Shown here piece by piece: positions 12,489 through 26,720 of a stretch of DNA of 64,000 bases; within the stretch, counting starts at the first letter, position 1, and each line of letters starts with the position of its first letter. Under the pieces are notes generated by a model. That model saw nothing but the letters and a program-made list of their open reading frames with translations. It searched no databases and had not been told where the DNA came from. The stretch lies in the NCBI RefSeq assembly GCF_037042905.1, contig NC_087258.1, positions 11,532,001 to 11,596,000 on the forward strand, written 5' to 3'. The position numbers were made by a program, and so were the translations under genes. The stretch comes from Lytechinus pictus. Its lineage: Eukaryota.

Positions 12489-13836
12489 CACGATGAAAAG
12501 TCTATTCAGAAAGAAAACAAGAGAAAGAAGAAGAAAAATTATGATATTAAAAGTATTTCACGTGAGTTAGGAATAGTCATTATATTAAAAAAATCAATTG
12601 AAAATTTATGTTTATTTCAAACAGAAATATAATCGTAGGATAGATACATATAACGAATTTAAATAAATAGATATTAATTTCTCTTCATAAGTTAACACAA
12701 TAAATGTAAAAGCATCTGTGAAGATGTCGGTATTTAATTTCATCAGGCCATGAATTGAACAATGGCATTTATTACCTTTTTTGTTATGTTATATAATGAT
12801 TCAATTTATATTCTTTCTCATCTGTTGCACCAATTATTGTTAAACACCCATCTACCATAATTCAGTGCCATTAAATAATGAATACATGAGTCAGTGTTTG
12901 AAAATGCCAAACATGCATGTTAGACTTAATAAATCAGGCATAAAATTCCATAACTAGGCATTTACAGTAACGATCATCAACTGCGTATAATATGGCAATA
13001 ATTTTGAGGGGCTGATTTTTATTTTACATGGTGCAATTGAAAATTGGTGCACTTGAAAATTGGCGACCGAGCAAAGCGAACCGAATATCCAACAGTTTAA
13101 AAATTAATAATTATTTAGTAATTCTGGCCTGTGAACCCCCCCCATACAATTACCCAAACATAATATAACATTCGTTAAGTGTTGTTTAGCAACCCCTGCA
13201 ACCTTCTTGATCCCCTTTTTTATATTTTGTATTGTTGAATGTTTAGTTATGTACATGTATTTTCTTCCTTGTTTTGTATTTGAAAAAGTTGCAGAAACAA
13301 TAAAAGAAATGAAATGAAATGTGATTTTAATTCATATAATGCTGTTCTTATTGAATCGAATAACATACGTTATGGGGTTTTGTAATTTCATGTCAGATTC
13401 ACACTTTGAACCCTTCAACAATGTAAGTGTATGTTTTCACAGTGTGTTCACAAAATGGACTATATGAAGATGTGATTCCCATTGGTAAAAATGCTCAAAT
13501 TAAACAGTGTGAAGATATTTTCACATTGTGGACACATCGACAGAGTTAATGTTCATAGTGTTTTCACATGGTCGACTGTGTGATTCACACTGTTAAAATG
13601 CTCAAATTTGACCATGTGAATATGAGATCCGTGGTGTTCCACACTGTGAATACAATGTGGGACACTGTTATTTTCAGTAGGGATATACCATAACATGACA
13701 TTGTAAGGTAATAGCATTACATGACATAATATAACACAATAAAATACAATGCAACCCGACGCAGTACACTATCATAGAATATATTATAATATGCTCCATA
13801 TTATTATTATTATTAATAATATGGAGCTTTTACATA

Positions 13837-14001
13837 CAGTGTAAAAATGAAGTGCTAATTTAGCATTTTCAGTGCTTGTATAGTGACTGCACTACGAGTG
13901 CTGATCTTCTACTTTAAATTTGAACTAGAAAATCAGCACTCGTAGTGCAGTCAATATACAAGCACTGTAAGTGCTAAATTAGCACTTCATTTTTTACAGT
14001 A
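13837..14001. mobile_element. Near-perfect hairpin MITE (CACTG-type ends, TA flanks)
   Basis: gtaaaaatgaagtgctaatttagca...tgctaaattagcacttcatttttttac; the arms pair over about 78 nt. Confidence 0.85.
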
Positions 14002-14719
14002 TAGCGATTAGCTTCATACAATACAATTTCTAAGCGCTTTACAACTTAAATTGAAGTTGAATAAAACAAGATAAACACAGTAAAAGTAATTAGAAACAAA
14101 GTATATGATATTTGATTTATGTTATTGTATGGTATAACATAATTAACACAGCATAGTGTAACATATAATAAATCAAATGTCATAACACAAAATATCATGA
14201 CATAACAAACATAGCCTAAGTAGCATGATTTATCATAACATATCACAACAAAATAAAACATGACATTACATAACATAACAATGATAACATAACAAAACAT
14301 AACATAATCTTCCTTTACATATCCGTCAGTCCACCTCCTTCATATCCTTCATATCCCTCCTGAAAACACATCACTTAATATTCTAATTTATTAAGTATTA
14401 ATTGTAATTATTACCTTTTCTTGACTTAATATTTCTTATCATACGAAGTGTACATGTTCTTTTAGTTTTTAGCGCCTCTAAATATCCATTATTATTATAA
14501 TTATTGATTAATTAATTAATTTGTATCATGATTTTGTGTTAATTCTTATTTAAAGCGCTTAGAAACACTCTTTAAAACAGAATAAAAATGCAACATATTA
14601 TTATTATCATTTTTATAATAACTTAACATAATATAAATCAGATATTATTACACAAAGAAACATGAAATAACGTAATGTAACACAACATCACATAACTTTA
14701 ATGAGATTGAAGCACTCAC

Positions 14720-14900
14720 CTGACACTATGTTTTCCTTTATCTCTTGCTTATCAGCATGATAATGCAGTCAAACTCTCATTTGCTTTGATAGAGTTGAAA
14801 CCTTCAAACATACTTCAAAAAGTTATGTTTCCGGTAAAATTGAATCCCAACGAATTCATGCAGTCTCAAAGATTATTCCTCAAACTTCAATAAAAAATCT
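14720..14900 (-). other. Probable non-coding 5' exon of the 11853-12488 gene
   Basis: Consensus donor CAG|GTGAGT at 14714-14722 pairs with the acceptor at 12502. The upstream boundary is not determinable. Confidence 0.4.
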
Positions 14901-15574
14901 CGGTTAGATCTGGTTATAGCATCGCACATTTCTAGCACGGACCTGGTATAAAAACACGGATAACGTTTCAGTTCCGCGTGATCAGAACAAACATACCACC
15001 AGTATAGCACTGCCTATACCAGTCGAAACGCTCAAAATATCCGATCGCAGACATCGAAAAACATGTATATCTATTAACATTCATATTCATATAATATTAC
15101 AGCCACTGAGCGATCAATCGAGTCAAAGCCAGGGAAAGGCGGAGGTTGAATATAATTCTTCCATGGTTCAAGGACCATCAACAATAGTCTCTTCTGGTGT
15201 CTTGGTAACTAGTACGTGATTGGGTGTTGAATTAGAATTATGATCCTGGTTTTGTTTGCATCTTTTTTTTTCAAAGCGCCCAACGCAGAAAGCAGTAGGC
15301 CTAAAGCGATGTGAGAGGGGGGGGGGGGGGGGGAGGGGGTGAGGTAGGGGGGGGGGGGAGAAAGAAGCGAAATGGGCACCCTTATGTTTTGCAAATATAA
15401 AGTGTAACGAAACTTTATCTTTTTGCTGGGGTGTAGAAAATATGCACAATCGTATTGCTATTTCTAATTTTGCACACTGATTCTCATTGAGTTTTTTGTT
15501 CTATACGGTTGTAAACATCTCAAGTAATAATATCCCACAAAACCTCCAACCCCGAAAACCACCTCATCCCCCAG

Positions 15575-15740
15575 CCCGGGGGGGGGGGGGGGGGCTTCCA
15601 TTGACGAGTGGATACCAGGCGCGACCAAAGAAACGCGTAAAAAGGATCTCTTTTTCAAGATTGGGCACCTTACGTACGTAACGTAATAAGGGTGTCAATG
15701 GAAGAGGCCCGAAGAGGTCAATGGAAGTCGCCCCCCTGGG
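15575..15740. mobile_element. CCCGGGG-terminated MITE (short copy)
   Basis: cccggg(g)n-cttccattgac ... gtcaatggaagtcgcccccctggg; shares gagtggataccaggcg with the copy at 43258. Confidence 0.7.
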
Positions 15741-16861
15741 TCTCCCAGATATATACAAGATTAAAAAGGTGTTGATGTTGCAATGAACTCCCCTCTAAGA
15801 TCCGTATATATACGACTCATTTTAAATGGATGACATCGTTCGTTAAGAAACCCAGGCACATCTGATCACAATCCGTCTCCAAGCTTACCATTTTTGAGCA
15901 TCATAAATCGAGTTACTTCGGTAGATTTGATATCGATATCACTGGTAGGACTGCATCCTCGATGACAAATGATTGTGTGTGTGGACAATATTTACTTAAG
16001 GTAAACATAATTACTCCGAGCTGTAAAGATGAGTTGATGAGTAACAGCGTGGTTATGAACATGGTGAAGAAGGGCAGTTACATAGTGTGCGTATATAACG
16101 TGCGTATTTTGGGGTTTGCGTGGGTGTGTGGTGGTATGAGTTGTCTGTGTGTGTGTGTGTGTGTGTGTGGGTGTGTGTGCGCGTGAGGGTGTGTGTTAAA
16201 CATCTATAAAATGAGAAGGTAAAACATTACAAACAGTGTCAAGGTATCTATTTTCTGATTCACATCAAGTAGCAGTCGATGTATGCGGGTGTGTGTGTGT
16301 GAGTGGGGTGAGGTGACAGCAGATAGTGCGTATATATACATGGGTGATGAGGGTGTGACGATACCCAAGGCAAGATAAAACATGATTTGACTTAAAATGA
16401 AGGGGAACAAAATACGTTTGAAAGCAATCAATATGATTTGTATCTGTTTATGTCGCATTATACGGTCGTATCCAAGTTCTGCCTCAAAACAATTTTTGAA
16501 TTTATTGATTGTAAGATTTTATTTTTTTTGTTTCACGCCCTTCCAACAAAACAGGCATAACATGACAGGAAGAAAAAAAAATGCTTAGTAAGGCGGTAAT
16601 CGAAGAGATCTATATAGCATCAGAGAAGGTGGTACCAGATACAAGAGTCTTCAGGTTCGAACCACGTTGGGTTCTAATTTTATTTTATTTATTTTTTGCC
16701 CTGAAAGTTTTGCCAACATTGTTTATCTATCTACAATGGTGACTAGGTAAAATAAATTATATTTTCGAGCGCGTGATGTTAAGATGGATGAGCTTCAAGG
16801 GGAAGGATTTATTCGATATGATGAGGGAAGGAAAAGAATGAAGGAGAAGCAAGTGTATATA

Positions 16862-17059
16862 CATTCTTTAAAATGTTGAGCAACATATACTGTCCACACG
16901 ACAATATTGGTTAAAACTTTATCCAATTCTGGGTAGTTTTAAACCAATAATGTGTGCTTTGGGTGAAAACTACACAGTATTGGTTGAAAACTACCCAGAG
17001 TTTGATATTTCTTTTTAACCAATTGTGTGAACAGTATGTTTCCCAACATCTTAAGAGTG
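16862..17059. mobile_element. CACTCT-type MITE
   Basis: Inverted ends aaatgttgagcaacatatactgtccacac / gtgtgaacagtatgtttcccaacatcttaagagtg; second copy at 37262-37479. Confidence 0.7.
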
Positions 17060-18776
17060 TAGGCATGGAGCTATTGTGTAGGAGAGATAGAGAGGAAATA
17101 CATACAAACGCACACCCACACACGCCGCGCACACACACATTCTCCCTCCCATACACGTATACATCCAAGTATACACCCATGCACTAACACACGTACCCCA
17201 CCCACACACCCTTTAAATATGGGCGTATGCTTATTATCTGATTTTGCATTTGTATCTTGCAGACGTTAGCGACTGACTTCTTGCATGTTTGCAGTCTGTG
17301 CAAAAGAACCAATTGCCCCCCAATAAAAATGAACTCGCTGTGCTATGTGCTTGGAAAAGATGTATTAAAACAATGATAACTAACACACAACACGGTATTC
17401 AAGTACATCTTGTCTATCAAAATATTTCGTTAATGCGATTTACAATAATATCATGTTTAGGTATTTATCCACAAACCCTTCATGATGACCTATCCTATCA
17501 TGCCTTTTATGATTTTAATCTGTTTGGTAAAATAACCCCGATTTTAGAGGTTTTTAATGATTGAAATAAATCAGTTTGAATATTGAAAAATAGAATTGCA
17601 AAGTTCATTTATTTTCATTAAATGATTTTTGGTACATGATAGGCTTTCCAAAATACAGAAAATACTTATTGAATATAAAATACAATCTAATATCATTAAT
17701 ATTCAACCCTAACCGCGATAAGGTATTTTTTATTCTTTTTCATCATATTTGTTGTAAAAAGTACACTTACATATTTCATTTGAGGAAATTCATTTGATGC
17801 AGATAAGATACAATATTGATTCGTATAAGTACAAGATAGAAAAATGAACACTTTTTAAATTGACATAACGTAAAAATGTAATTTATTCGAATTGATAGAC
17901 AATGTAGATATCAACAAAATATATATGGGCTGAATGCAAGTTGCTTATTGTACGGATATATATATATCTATAAGATAATCAACACCAATAATCAGAACAG
18001 GATTAATACATATTATTAACTTCTACCAGCGGCCTCTGCACATAGTCGATTTGGATTTGGCGCTTTAAAAATGCTCTTTATTATTATTATTATTATTATA
18101 TTAATTGTTAATAAAAATGTACGCCATGAAAGGAAATAGTGAAATAATAAATGAGTCAGTGAATTTAATCGATACAAATGAATGTGACAAAAATACAAAA
18201 AAAGATGAATAGAGTTCTTGCACCTATACAAGATTATCGACTGACATGATTTTTGTTATTCCATTCAACATCCATTATATAGTACAACATAAAAACAATG
18301 ATAAAATATCCACCTTCATTATAATAATACAGAACAAATGATCAAAGAATTTTAACGCAGGAAGTCAAAAGAAGCCATTAATTTGTCAAAGCATCTCCCT
18401 TCATTACTACATAAAAGAATATGCCCATGAAAAAATACATGGTATACCTTGAAATCCACTACACGCTTCTACATTAAAAAAAAAAGAGTACAAATACATA
18501 TCTAAAAAATAAGTGCACAGCAGTGAGACACAACGAGGACGAAATTGTTTTATTTTTTTAGATATTGGCATGAATTAAATACTCCGATGGCATCATGATA
18601 TGGTTGCTGAAAGATTTAAATGCGAGATCCTGGCCTCCTATTGTTCAAATTTTACAACTGGTCATGACGTAAAGTAAAAGTTATAATGAGTATAATTATA
18701 TTTCAAGAGTAATATCATTAAAATCACTAAAATAACCATATCAACAGATAAGTATGTTTTTTTCATTAGGACATCT

Positions 18777-21700
18777 TCAAGGCCTTTTTACTGCACTTGT
18801 CACATAGGGTAACGGGCTCCTTGCAATTCCAAGCACAGTATCAAAAGAAAGGGCAGGTGAGCTGTCAGGTTTCTTGAAGGTGAATCGTTGCAGGAGACTG
18901 GTAAAAGCCAAGAATGTCTCCATTCTGGCTAGCTGCTCTCCGAGACACACACGACGACCTATAGGGGTTGATTTGGAAATTTTGAAAAAATAAATAAAAT
19001 AAAATACGAGACAGCTCAGCAATAGCTTTCAATGTGAAAATGGAGAATCATGAGAGGGTGGTCAAGATGGATGAGAATGATTTATATAATTGTACCTAGG
19101 ATAAACTGTTGAAGGGGCATACATCATCATGTACATAACTCTGTAAGATGGTTCCCAGCCTTCATTCAAACCTGTCCAACACACCCCCCTCCCCAGAAAT
19201 TGACCTGAAAATATTTCCAACCGATAAAAGATGATTGTTATTATGGCTTTTTTTTATTTACCAGAGTCCATTAAATATCCACCGCCCCAACAATATTTTT
19301 TTGATACATTATTGTGTTGATTTAATATATACTATAAGCTTTGACACACGTCTCTTTACTGCTGAGAAACAAGGCGTTAAAATTGAGGGATATACTTGAT
19401 ATATTTCTCGATCGATCTGGAAATTAGGTCTACGAGCAATGAAACTAGGATAAAATAACCGCCCTTTAACACCGTAAACAAAAAAAAATCTTAATTTGAA
19501 TGATGATTTCAGTGAAAGATAAGGCTAGTGACGAATTTTTAGCACGTTTGAAAGCAAACTAGAACATGATTAGAATCACGAACGCTAATCACAATCACGA
19601 ATTCTAATTCTACCCCGGAGGTGAATTTCAGTGTAAGTTTTACTCAAATTACGGTACGAATTTTGCGTGTGAAAGGCTTGACCTCCAAAAAATCTTTTGG
19701 GGGCGGAGCTTACGTGACCTTTTAAGCACTTCCGTAGATCATACAATTGTCATTTACTCATCGTAGTTTGTTTTTGCGATGCAGTGCTTTGATTGACAAG
19801 TCACCAAGGACAAATGCCGTCTTCGCTCGGGAATTCGAATTCAAATCACAGTTTTCGAGCGAGCGTGTGAAAGGTCTGATGATTCTAAAGACATTACAAC
19901 GATGATTCAAGATTCACGCGTGAAAAGGCCCCAAGTCTGTTTAACTTTTTTTTTATTTCAGACCCTCTTTTGATTGGTCTACTTATCCTTCTATCTAAGG
20001 TCTAATGGGCGTAGGGAATTCGAATCCAACAAAGATCTGACCGAAGTCATTAGGAAGACTTCTCCTGTCTTACCAGTGCTAAAGAAGATTAGTTCATCTC
20101 TCCTTATGAGCTCTCCATCTTCAGTCAAAAATCTTTCAGGTTGAAAGCTACCGGGTTCTTTCCAAAGTTCCTCGCTGTTCAGAACTTCAAAGATGTTAGA
20201 CACAACGATGGCGCCCTTCGGTATGGTATAGCCTCCTATAATTGTATCCGCAGCAGCTACATGAGGCACACCTAGTGGCGCCACCACAGCAAGTCGTTGG
20301 ACCTTCCAAATAAAATTGGGAAAGTATTTCATCCACAGCATTTACATAATTATGAGGGTTTTTTTTATTTTGGACTTAATTTACCCTCTTTTTATTGATC
20401 CCTTACCCCTCCTCAACAACAACAACAACAACCCAAATCGATGATGACAGCATATTTAGAAATATAAAAGATTCCATTTAGGTTCTACAGTCTCATCCCT
20501 TTACTCGATCTGGAAATAAACACTACAAAAGATCTACCTCTGATAAAACAGCCATTGTGTAGGGAAGATCTTTCATATCATCGAGTCTTGGGGTTCGTTG
20601 TCTGCCAACCACGTGATCCAGTTCATCTTGAACACGTGACTGGACCTTTGGATATGCCATCATGAATAAAATGCACCACCTCAGAGTAGTACTCGTTGTG
20701 TCAGACCCGGCGATGAAGAGATCATCGATGCAGCTGACTAAATTGAGTTTGCTGAATGACGAAATTGTATCCTGAAAAATAAGTTAAGGAACTTCTTAAT
20801 GATCGATCGAACAGAAACAATTTTATTATATTGTCACCACAATTAGAACAGGGAGTTGTGGGGAGACAACTCCCTGATTAGAACCATATTTTCATTCCCA
20901 TATATATGCACAGACACCGAAACCGCCCCACACACTCACCCATGTCAGAATCAACTGCCAAACGAATTAATTGATTATATTAAACCGTATCAAAATATCC
21001 CACCCTGTTTTTAATCGGGTTTGTATTTGGAAAAGACAAACGTAAAGATGTTCGCTGTTTGCATGTACTGCGATCTTAATACCTAGTCCCAACTGCCAAG
21101 ACTTGCACCACGATTCAAACAGCGTACTTAATAGTGGAGTAATCGTAGTGATCTTATCAGATCGTATCAGATCATATTAGACCAGGAGCCCGTAGCAGAA
21201 AGAGTTGCGATCAAACGCAACTAAACAAATCTTGCGTAACTGGATTTTCAGCCAATGAAGCACCCGTATTCGGGACTTGCGCTTGATATTTAGACTTGAG
21301 TTTAAACGCAACTCTTTCTGCAACAGGCCCCAGTTGTGACAATCGAATTGATCGTAGAAAAAAAATGAATGGTTCAAATATTTCCGCGATCAGTTACGAA
21401 AGGCAAATCGTTGCTTTTGTATACGATCGCGCGACAGTGGGAACGAGTCCGAGGTATTAATGATTCGGGGCCTATGAGAAATGCGAGAGGCATTCAATGG
21501 GCAAAAGTGGTGTTCTTAAAAGCCACCGCACACCGTACGACTGTTCGCGATCCGATTTTGGAACAAATTGCATTTTGCTCATTTTCTGAAAATGTGAATG
21601 GAACATATTATTTTATTTGAGGTTAAAATTAATTGAAGGAATATTAATATAACCAATTTGAAAGATTGCAAGCCTTTATTTTGAAGTAAAGGCCAAATTA

Positions 21701-24700
21701 GTTTCAAATCGTATACAATCGTACGACTGCTATGACGTCATTACGACTAGATATTAAATTCGCTTTTTTCTAAGAAGGATGATAGCATAGTCACAGATTT
21801 GAACATAGATATTCGTACGGTGATTTAGAACTTTACACAGTAAGATATTCCAAGTCTCAATCTTAGCATCAAATTCTACTACATTTTATTCTGAAATCGG
21901 GTCGCAGACCAATCGTAAGGTGTGCGGTCGGCTTGAGATGTAAAGAAAAACAAAATCAACGCAATATCTGCAGAAATACCCACCTTGGTACTCTCCAATT
22001 TATTAAGATACTGGTCGATGAAATCCCTTGGAGTTGCTCGGTCCCAACTCTTTTCATGAGAATCGATTTGAGAATCGACGAAGTCATTCAAAGCTCGGAT
22101 ATTGTCCGTCATTGTTTTAAAGATACCGAATGGTATCCGGGTCATACCCGGAATCGGAACAAACAAAGTCGATCCACCCCCTCCTGTCAATCTCACGTTC
22201 GTGTTTATCATATGCAAAAGCTACATGTAAAGAAACATGGGGGAAAGTGCTGTTAGTCCAGTCTCCGAACCCTTCTAACTACAGGTCAGGGCCCTGGGAA
22301 CTTCTTTGAGTGGGGGTTTCACTCTAAAATGAAGGTCATTTGGGTTATATTAATCAATTATTCACACCTTCCAGAAATCCAGGGGGGGGGGGGGTGCTGC
22401 CTATGTATATACACGCAGCACCTCCAGGGAAAATCTTCCCAGGGCCATGCTACAGGTGTAGGATGGCGTTAGGGTGGATAGACCCCCCCCCCCCATCGAC
22501 CCCATATCCTACCCACCTATCCACCCAACCACCTAGTAGGAAATTACGATATATCTGAATGTTTCATGTACATGAATATTCATGAGGCGTACTCTGAATA
22601 AATTAATCAACCATATCATATCGTCATTCCCACTGACCTCTCGCGTTGGGTGCACAAGTACTTACGAAACAATAATATTCGCTCCCCCGGGGTACTAATA
22701 TTTCCTGCACCAAAGATATGTCACTCAATCTAGCTAAGTAAACAGAACGCAGAATCTTGTCCTAAAATGGGGGCCTTTTAGATTGCTGTACTATAATAAG
22801 AATCGACAAAATAAATACAGATTTAGTACCCAAAACACATATTTATCCGCTATTTTTTCAGACGAGGGGGCAGTATTTAGTTCAGATCATTTTGATTTTA
22901 AGGCCAATTAACTAAAGGGATGAATATTAAAGGAGATCTATTTTAAGCTCACTTTCTTGAACTCGAGGTCGTCATATTTGTACTGCGTTCCGAAGATAAT
23001 AGTGCTGATGATGTTTGATATTGCTTGCATGAAGAGAGTATCAGGATCAAACTGAGCCCCTTTCTTTTCTTCGATGGCGGAATTCAGCTGAGACATCTCG
23101 GCTGAGACGGTATCTTCGTAGCTCTTCTTACCAACTCCTAGACTTCGAAATACAGAATGAATGAACTTGCGCTGCTCTTTCCAGTTTTCCCCTCGGGAAA
23201 AAGCAATACCTAAAGTGGATTTCAAACAGGAAGACTGATCACCATTGAAGAAGGGGGAAGTATGATGAGCACAGTTAAATAGTGTTTGTTGTTTTATAGT
23301 GGTGACGTTTTCACATGTTTTACCTGACTTCTAAGAAATATAGGCGCATAATCGTTCTTAAGCAACAAGTGCGCAGATAGTTGTATTATATTCCAAGGAA
23401 AAATGATTGATATTTCATAAAACAGAACCAGTGGTGTAAAAGAAGTAGATGATCCCGAACTTACGAGCTGAATCCCGAAAAGATTCAAGCACTGTATTTT
23501 TAAAATCATGAGCAATCTAATTTGACTAATATTTCAGTTGTCTTCACTTTCGATAACAATGTTACAAGAATTGTTAGATTATTAGTAATTAGATAAAAGT
23601 GAGAATAATTTAGGTTGTTCCAAGTTAATATTTTTTTATAATTGTCAATCGCTATCCTTGCTCGTAAAATCCATATTAAAAATTTATGGCAGTGACCACT
23701 CTTATTCCATCAGCTGATCAGCATGATGTTGGTTGTCGGTATGTCTTTAGAGCGAAGTGTCTGCTATTCTTGATTCCCCCTGAATCAGGGGCGGATCCAG
23801 GATTTTCCAAGGGGGGGGGGGCATATTTTCCGAAAGAAAATTTTGACAAGCCCCCCCCCCACCACAAATTAAGGATATTTCGTACCCGAAAAAATTTGAC
23901 AACCCAAAAAAAAGGTCTTCTATTTCAAAAGAGGGGGCACACCTCGTTTTGAAAGGCATTTTTACATTACAAATTTTAATTTTGCTTCTCAAAAAAAAAA
24001 GGGGGGGGGGCACGTGCCCCCTGTGTCCCCCCCCCCCTGGATCCGCGCCTGCCCTGAATGAACAGAAGAATTAGGCATTCATCATATTTGGGGGATGAAT
24101 GATTTTTTTTGTCGCCCGCTGTTAGAGACAGAAATGTTTGGGCGGCAAACAATGAGCTAAAATGAAGTCACATTCAGAAAAATAATGATCAAAGGTTATG
24201 TTTGTTTTTTTATATCTCAGGCTTATGATGCTTATGCATTTCTTTTTTGTAATAATACAAAACGTCTACAGTTTTCACAAGGGCGGAAATCTCACCGCAA
24301 AGGTAGGGGGACCAGGGGCTGGAAAATTTGACAAGCAAAAAAAAAAAAACAGAACAGAAAAAACCCCAAAAGGTTCTCACCCAAAATGTAAGGTCATTTC
24401 GTCCAAAATACATGTTTTATTTCGATTTTGAATGATGTATTTATCATAAAAGACCAAAAATAGTAGGGGGACATTTGATATTGTGTCCCCCCACTATTTT
24501 GGGTAGGGGGGACACGTCCCCCTGCCCCCCCCCCGGATTTCCGCCCATGGTTTTTCATTATCACTCGTATTGAATGTAGTATGTTTTGGAAAGGAAACAA
24601 ATGAAAGGTAATCTTTAAACCTTGGGTCTACAGGGTCTGGGCCTAGTCGGTTGGCAAATAATTACTTCTCAAATGAAAAAGAAAATTGTGGGGAACACGG

Positions 24701-25857
24701 GAAGATTTTGGAGGGTCAAAATCTTTCAGGCGGGTGTAGAGAGTTAGTAATTACAGTAACTCTGATTATGCTCATATATAGGATCAATTGCGTCGAAATC
24801 GTGCATTTTTTAAAATAACAACTTCAATAAATTTCAATACCGCAATTTTTCAATCCATTTAGTTCTTCAATCAGCCGGCTCCTAGGTCGATCCTGAAGAT
24901 CTGGATGACGGAAGGCTTCCATGATAATGGGGTAAGAGTTTAGGATGACGAAAGGCTTCGTACCAACGTAGAAGGACACGATCTCACCATACTTCTTAGA
25001 CCATGATGAAAAGAGAGTTAAAGGATTTGAACTAGCCCTACGATAAAAAAAAACGTTATCGGGTCACAGCAAAAGAATAGAAATTGCCATGTAGTTCCAT
25101 TGTCATTTTATCAAATGATACATCTTTGAAAAAACCGATTGTGACCTTTACCTACTGCAGATGGAGGAAAGAAAATGGAAACATTTTCAATAGGTGTATT
25201 AGAATGTATTGAAATGTCTCCCCCAATTAGCGCAGCTCATTTTTGCTCATAGCAAACACAAGGCGTAAAACGTTTTGGATTGATCAACCTGATTACACAT
25301 TGGAGTGAAAAAAATTGCAAATTTATTGTTACTATCATGAAATAAACAACTCCTGGGGCCCGTTTCATAAAGGACGTGCAACCGTTGTAACTTTGCCATT
25401 ATGCCAACTACCATGGTAACAGGGCTCAGCAGCCAATCATAATCAAGGTTTTCATGGTAGTTGCCATAATGGCAAAGTTACAACAGTTGTAAGTCTTTAC
25501 GAAACGGGCCCATGAATCTTGAAATAATAGACAATAGTCAAAGGGGCCAGAACATTACTACCAAAACGTTACATTTAAATGCTTCGTAAAGAAGAGTATG
25601 CCATTTTCCTATAGGAAGTTTCGTTTAGAAATCATCAAAGACCCGTGTAATACAGGTTCACCATGATATACTTGTGACGTCTGTTTCAGAACTACGTACC
25701 TGAAAAGCCGCCATGCATCGCACAGGAGACGTATTCCAGTAGGACCGGGAGGCATGTTCCTTGGTCGTGATATCAGATGTTTAACGAACCAAACGATTAG
25801 AAGACAAATTAGTCCAGAACTCAACCAAGAGCCCAGTTCTAGGTCTGTAATCGTCAT
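18777..25857 (-). CDS. CYP2: Cytochrome P450, CYP2 clan (CYP2J/2U-like), 7 coding exons, 497 aa
   Basis: Exons 25700-25857, 24841-25037, 22953-23209, 21984-22220, 20538-20771, 20074-20302, 18777-18958; all GT-AG, phases compatible, total 1494 nt. N-terminal anchor plus PPGP, WKEQRKF, PRDFID, I-helix AGSDTT, EVQR, PERF, heme motif FSTGRRVCLGE. Subfamily not determined. Confidence 0.95.
21081..21448. mobile_element. Degenerate Harbinger-like MITE in CYP intron
   Basis: Inverted ends ctagtcccaactg / cagtgggaacgag; internal cgatc/tcgta-rich motifs. Confidence 0.45.
21521..21933. mobile_element. Harbinger-like MITE in CYP intron
   Basis: TIRs agccaccgcacaccgtacga / tcgtaaggtgtgcggtcggct. Confidence 0.75.
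22287..22449. mobile_element. hAT-like MITE
   Basis: TIRs cagggccctgggaa / ttcccagggccatg; exact 8-bp TSD ctacaggt. Confidence 0.85.
23786..24051. mobile_element. hAT-like MITE (CAGGGGCGGATCC family)
   Basis: TIRs caggggcggatccag / ctggatccgcgcctg; exact 8-bp TSD ccctgaat; sibling at 33530. Confidence 0.9.
24278..24549. mobile_element. hAT-like MITE (CATGGGCGGAAATC family)
   Basis: TIRs caagggcggaaatc / gatttccgcccatg; degenerate TSD agttttca / gtttttca; very similar to 54008-54343. Confidence 0.85.
25356..25511. mobile_element. Palindromic MITE (GGGCCCGTTTCATAAAG family)
   Basis: gggcccgtttcataaag...ctttacgaaacgggccc with near-complete internal pairing (ttgtaactttgccattatg / cataatggcaaagttacaa). 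Confidence 0.85.
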
Positions 25858-26399
25858 GATGGAGCCTAATCAATCAGTGGCGATTTTAGAATTTTCCCCC
25901 ATATATCTCTTGGAGCTCGAAAGCAAACACTCAAAAGGAAAAGTTCATAATGAGGTAAATGTTAATATGAACAAATCGTTTATACGTGCATCAATGTGAG
26001 TACTTATCCTAGTACTTTTGAAAACGTTCCCAAAGTCCAAAGTGCTATCAATCATGTTGACGGTTTCATGATCATGATCATAAGCAGTATAACACATATG
26101 TTATTATCGAGCCAGACGGTCAAAGTCACAAGGTTAGAAAACAATTTCGTTCTCCGGCGTCATGGAATCTACGCAAAACCTGAATAAGGAAATGAGGAGA
26201 GACGAAAGAAAATGAAAAAGGAGGCGATGTTTGAGGGGAGGAAATAGAGAAATGAAAGATATTAAGAAGTTCTGAACAGCGAAAAGAAAGAAAATGAAAT
26301 GAAACAACAAGGAAGATAGACAATGACAGAAAACAAGACACACACACACAGCCACTTCTTACTCTCACACACACTCCCACACACATATCATGAGCTTCA

Positions 26400-26720
26400 T
26401 TATCATGGTTATCATCACCACAAAACCACCATCATCATTATCATCATCATAATCATTATCATCATCAGGCCTACCGAATTCGAAAGCCAACTCAGCCAAC
26501 CCGATATAGGACTATAAACGTCTTTTACATTATCTTAATGAGTGCAATCATCTTAAATCACCACCAACACCCAACATCTTCATCAACATCACCTTCATCG
26601 TCGTCGTCATCATCATCATCATCATTATCAACATCATCATCGTCAACATAATCATCTTCATCGTCATAACTGTCGTCATCATCATCGTCGTCGTCATCAT
26701 TTACATCATCATGATGATCT
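26400..26720. repeat. (CAT/CGT)n trinucleotide microsatellites
   Basis: Two degenerate CAT tracts between the CYP and tubulin genes. Confidence 0.85.

Noticed and set aside
13200-13321. AATAAA plus (GAAAT)n as a gene 3' end on the plus strand
   Set aside because: No upstream plus-strand exons; more likely a truncated LINE tail, too short to classify.
15317-15600. Long G-runs as functional G-quadruplexes
   Set aside because: Poly-G/C runs recur throughout the window, mostly as parts of MITE families; nothing specific here.
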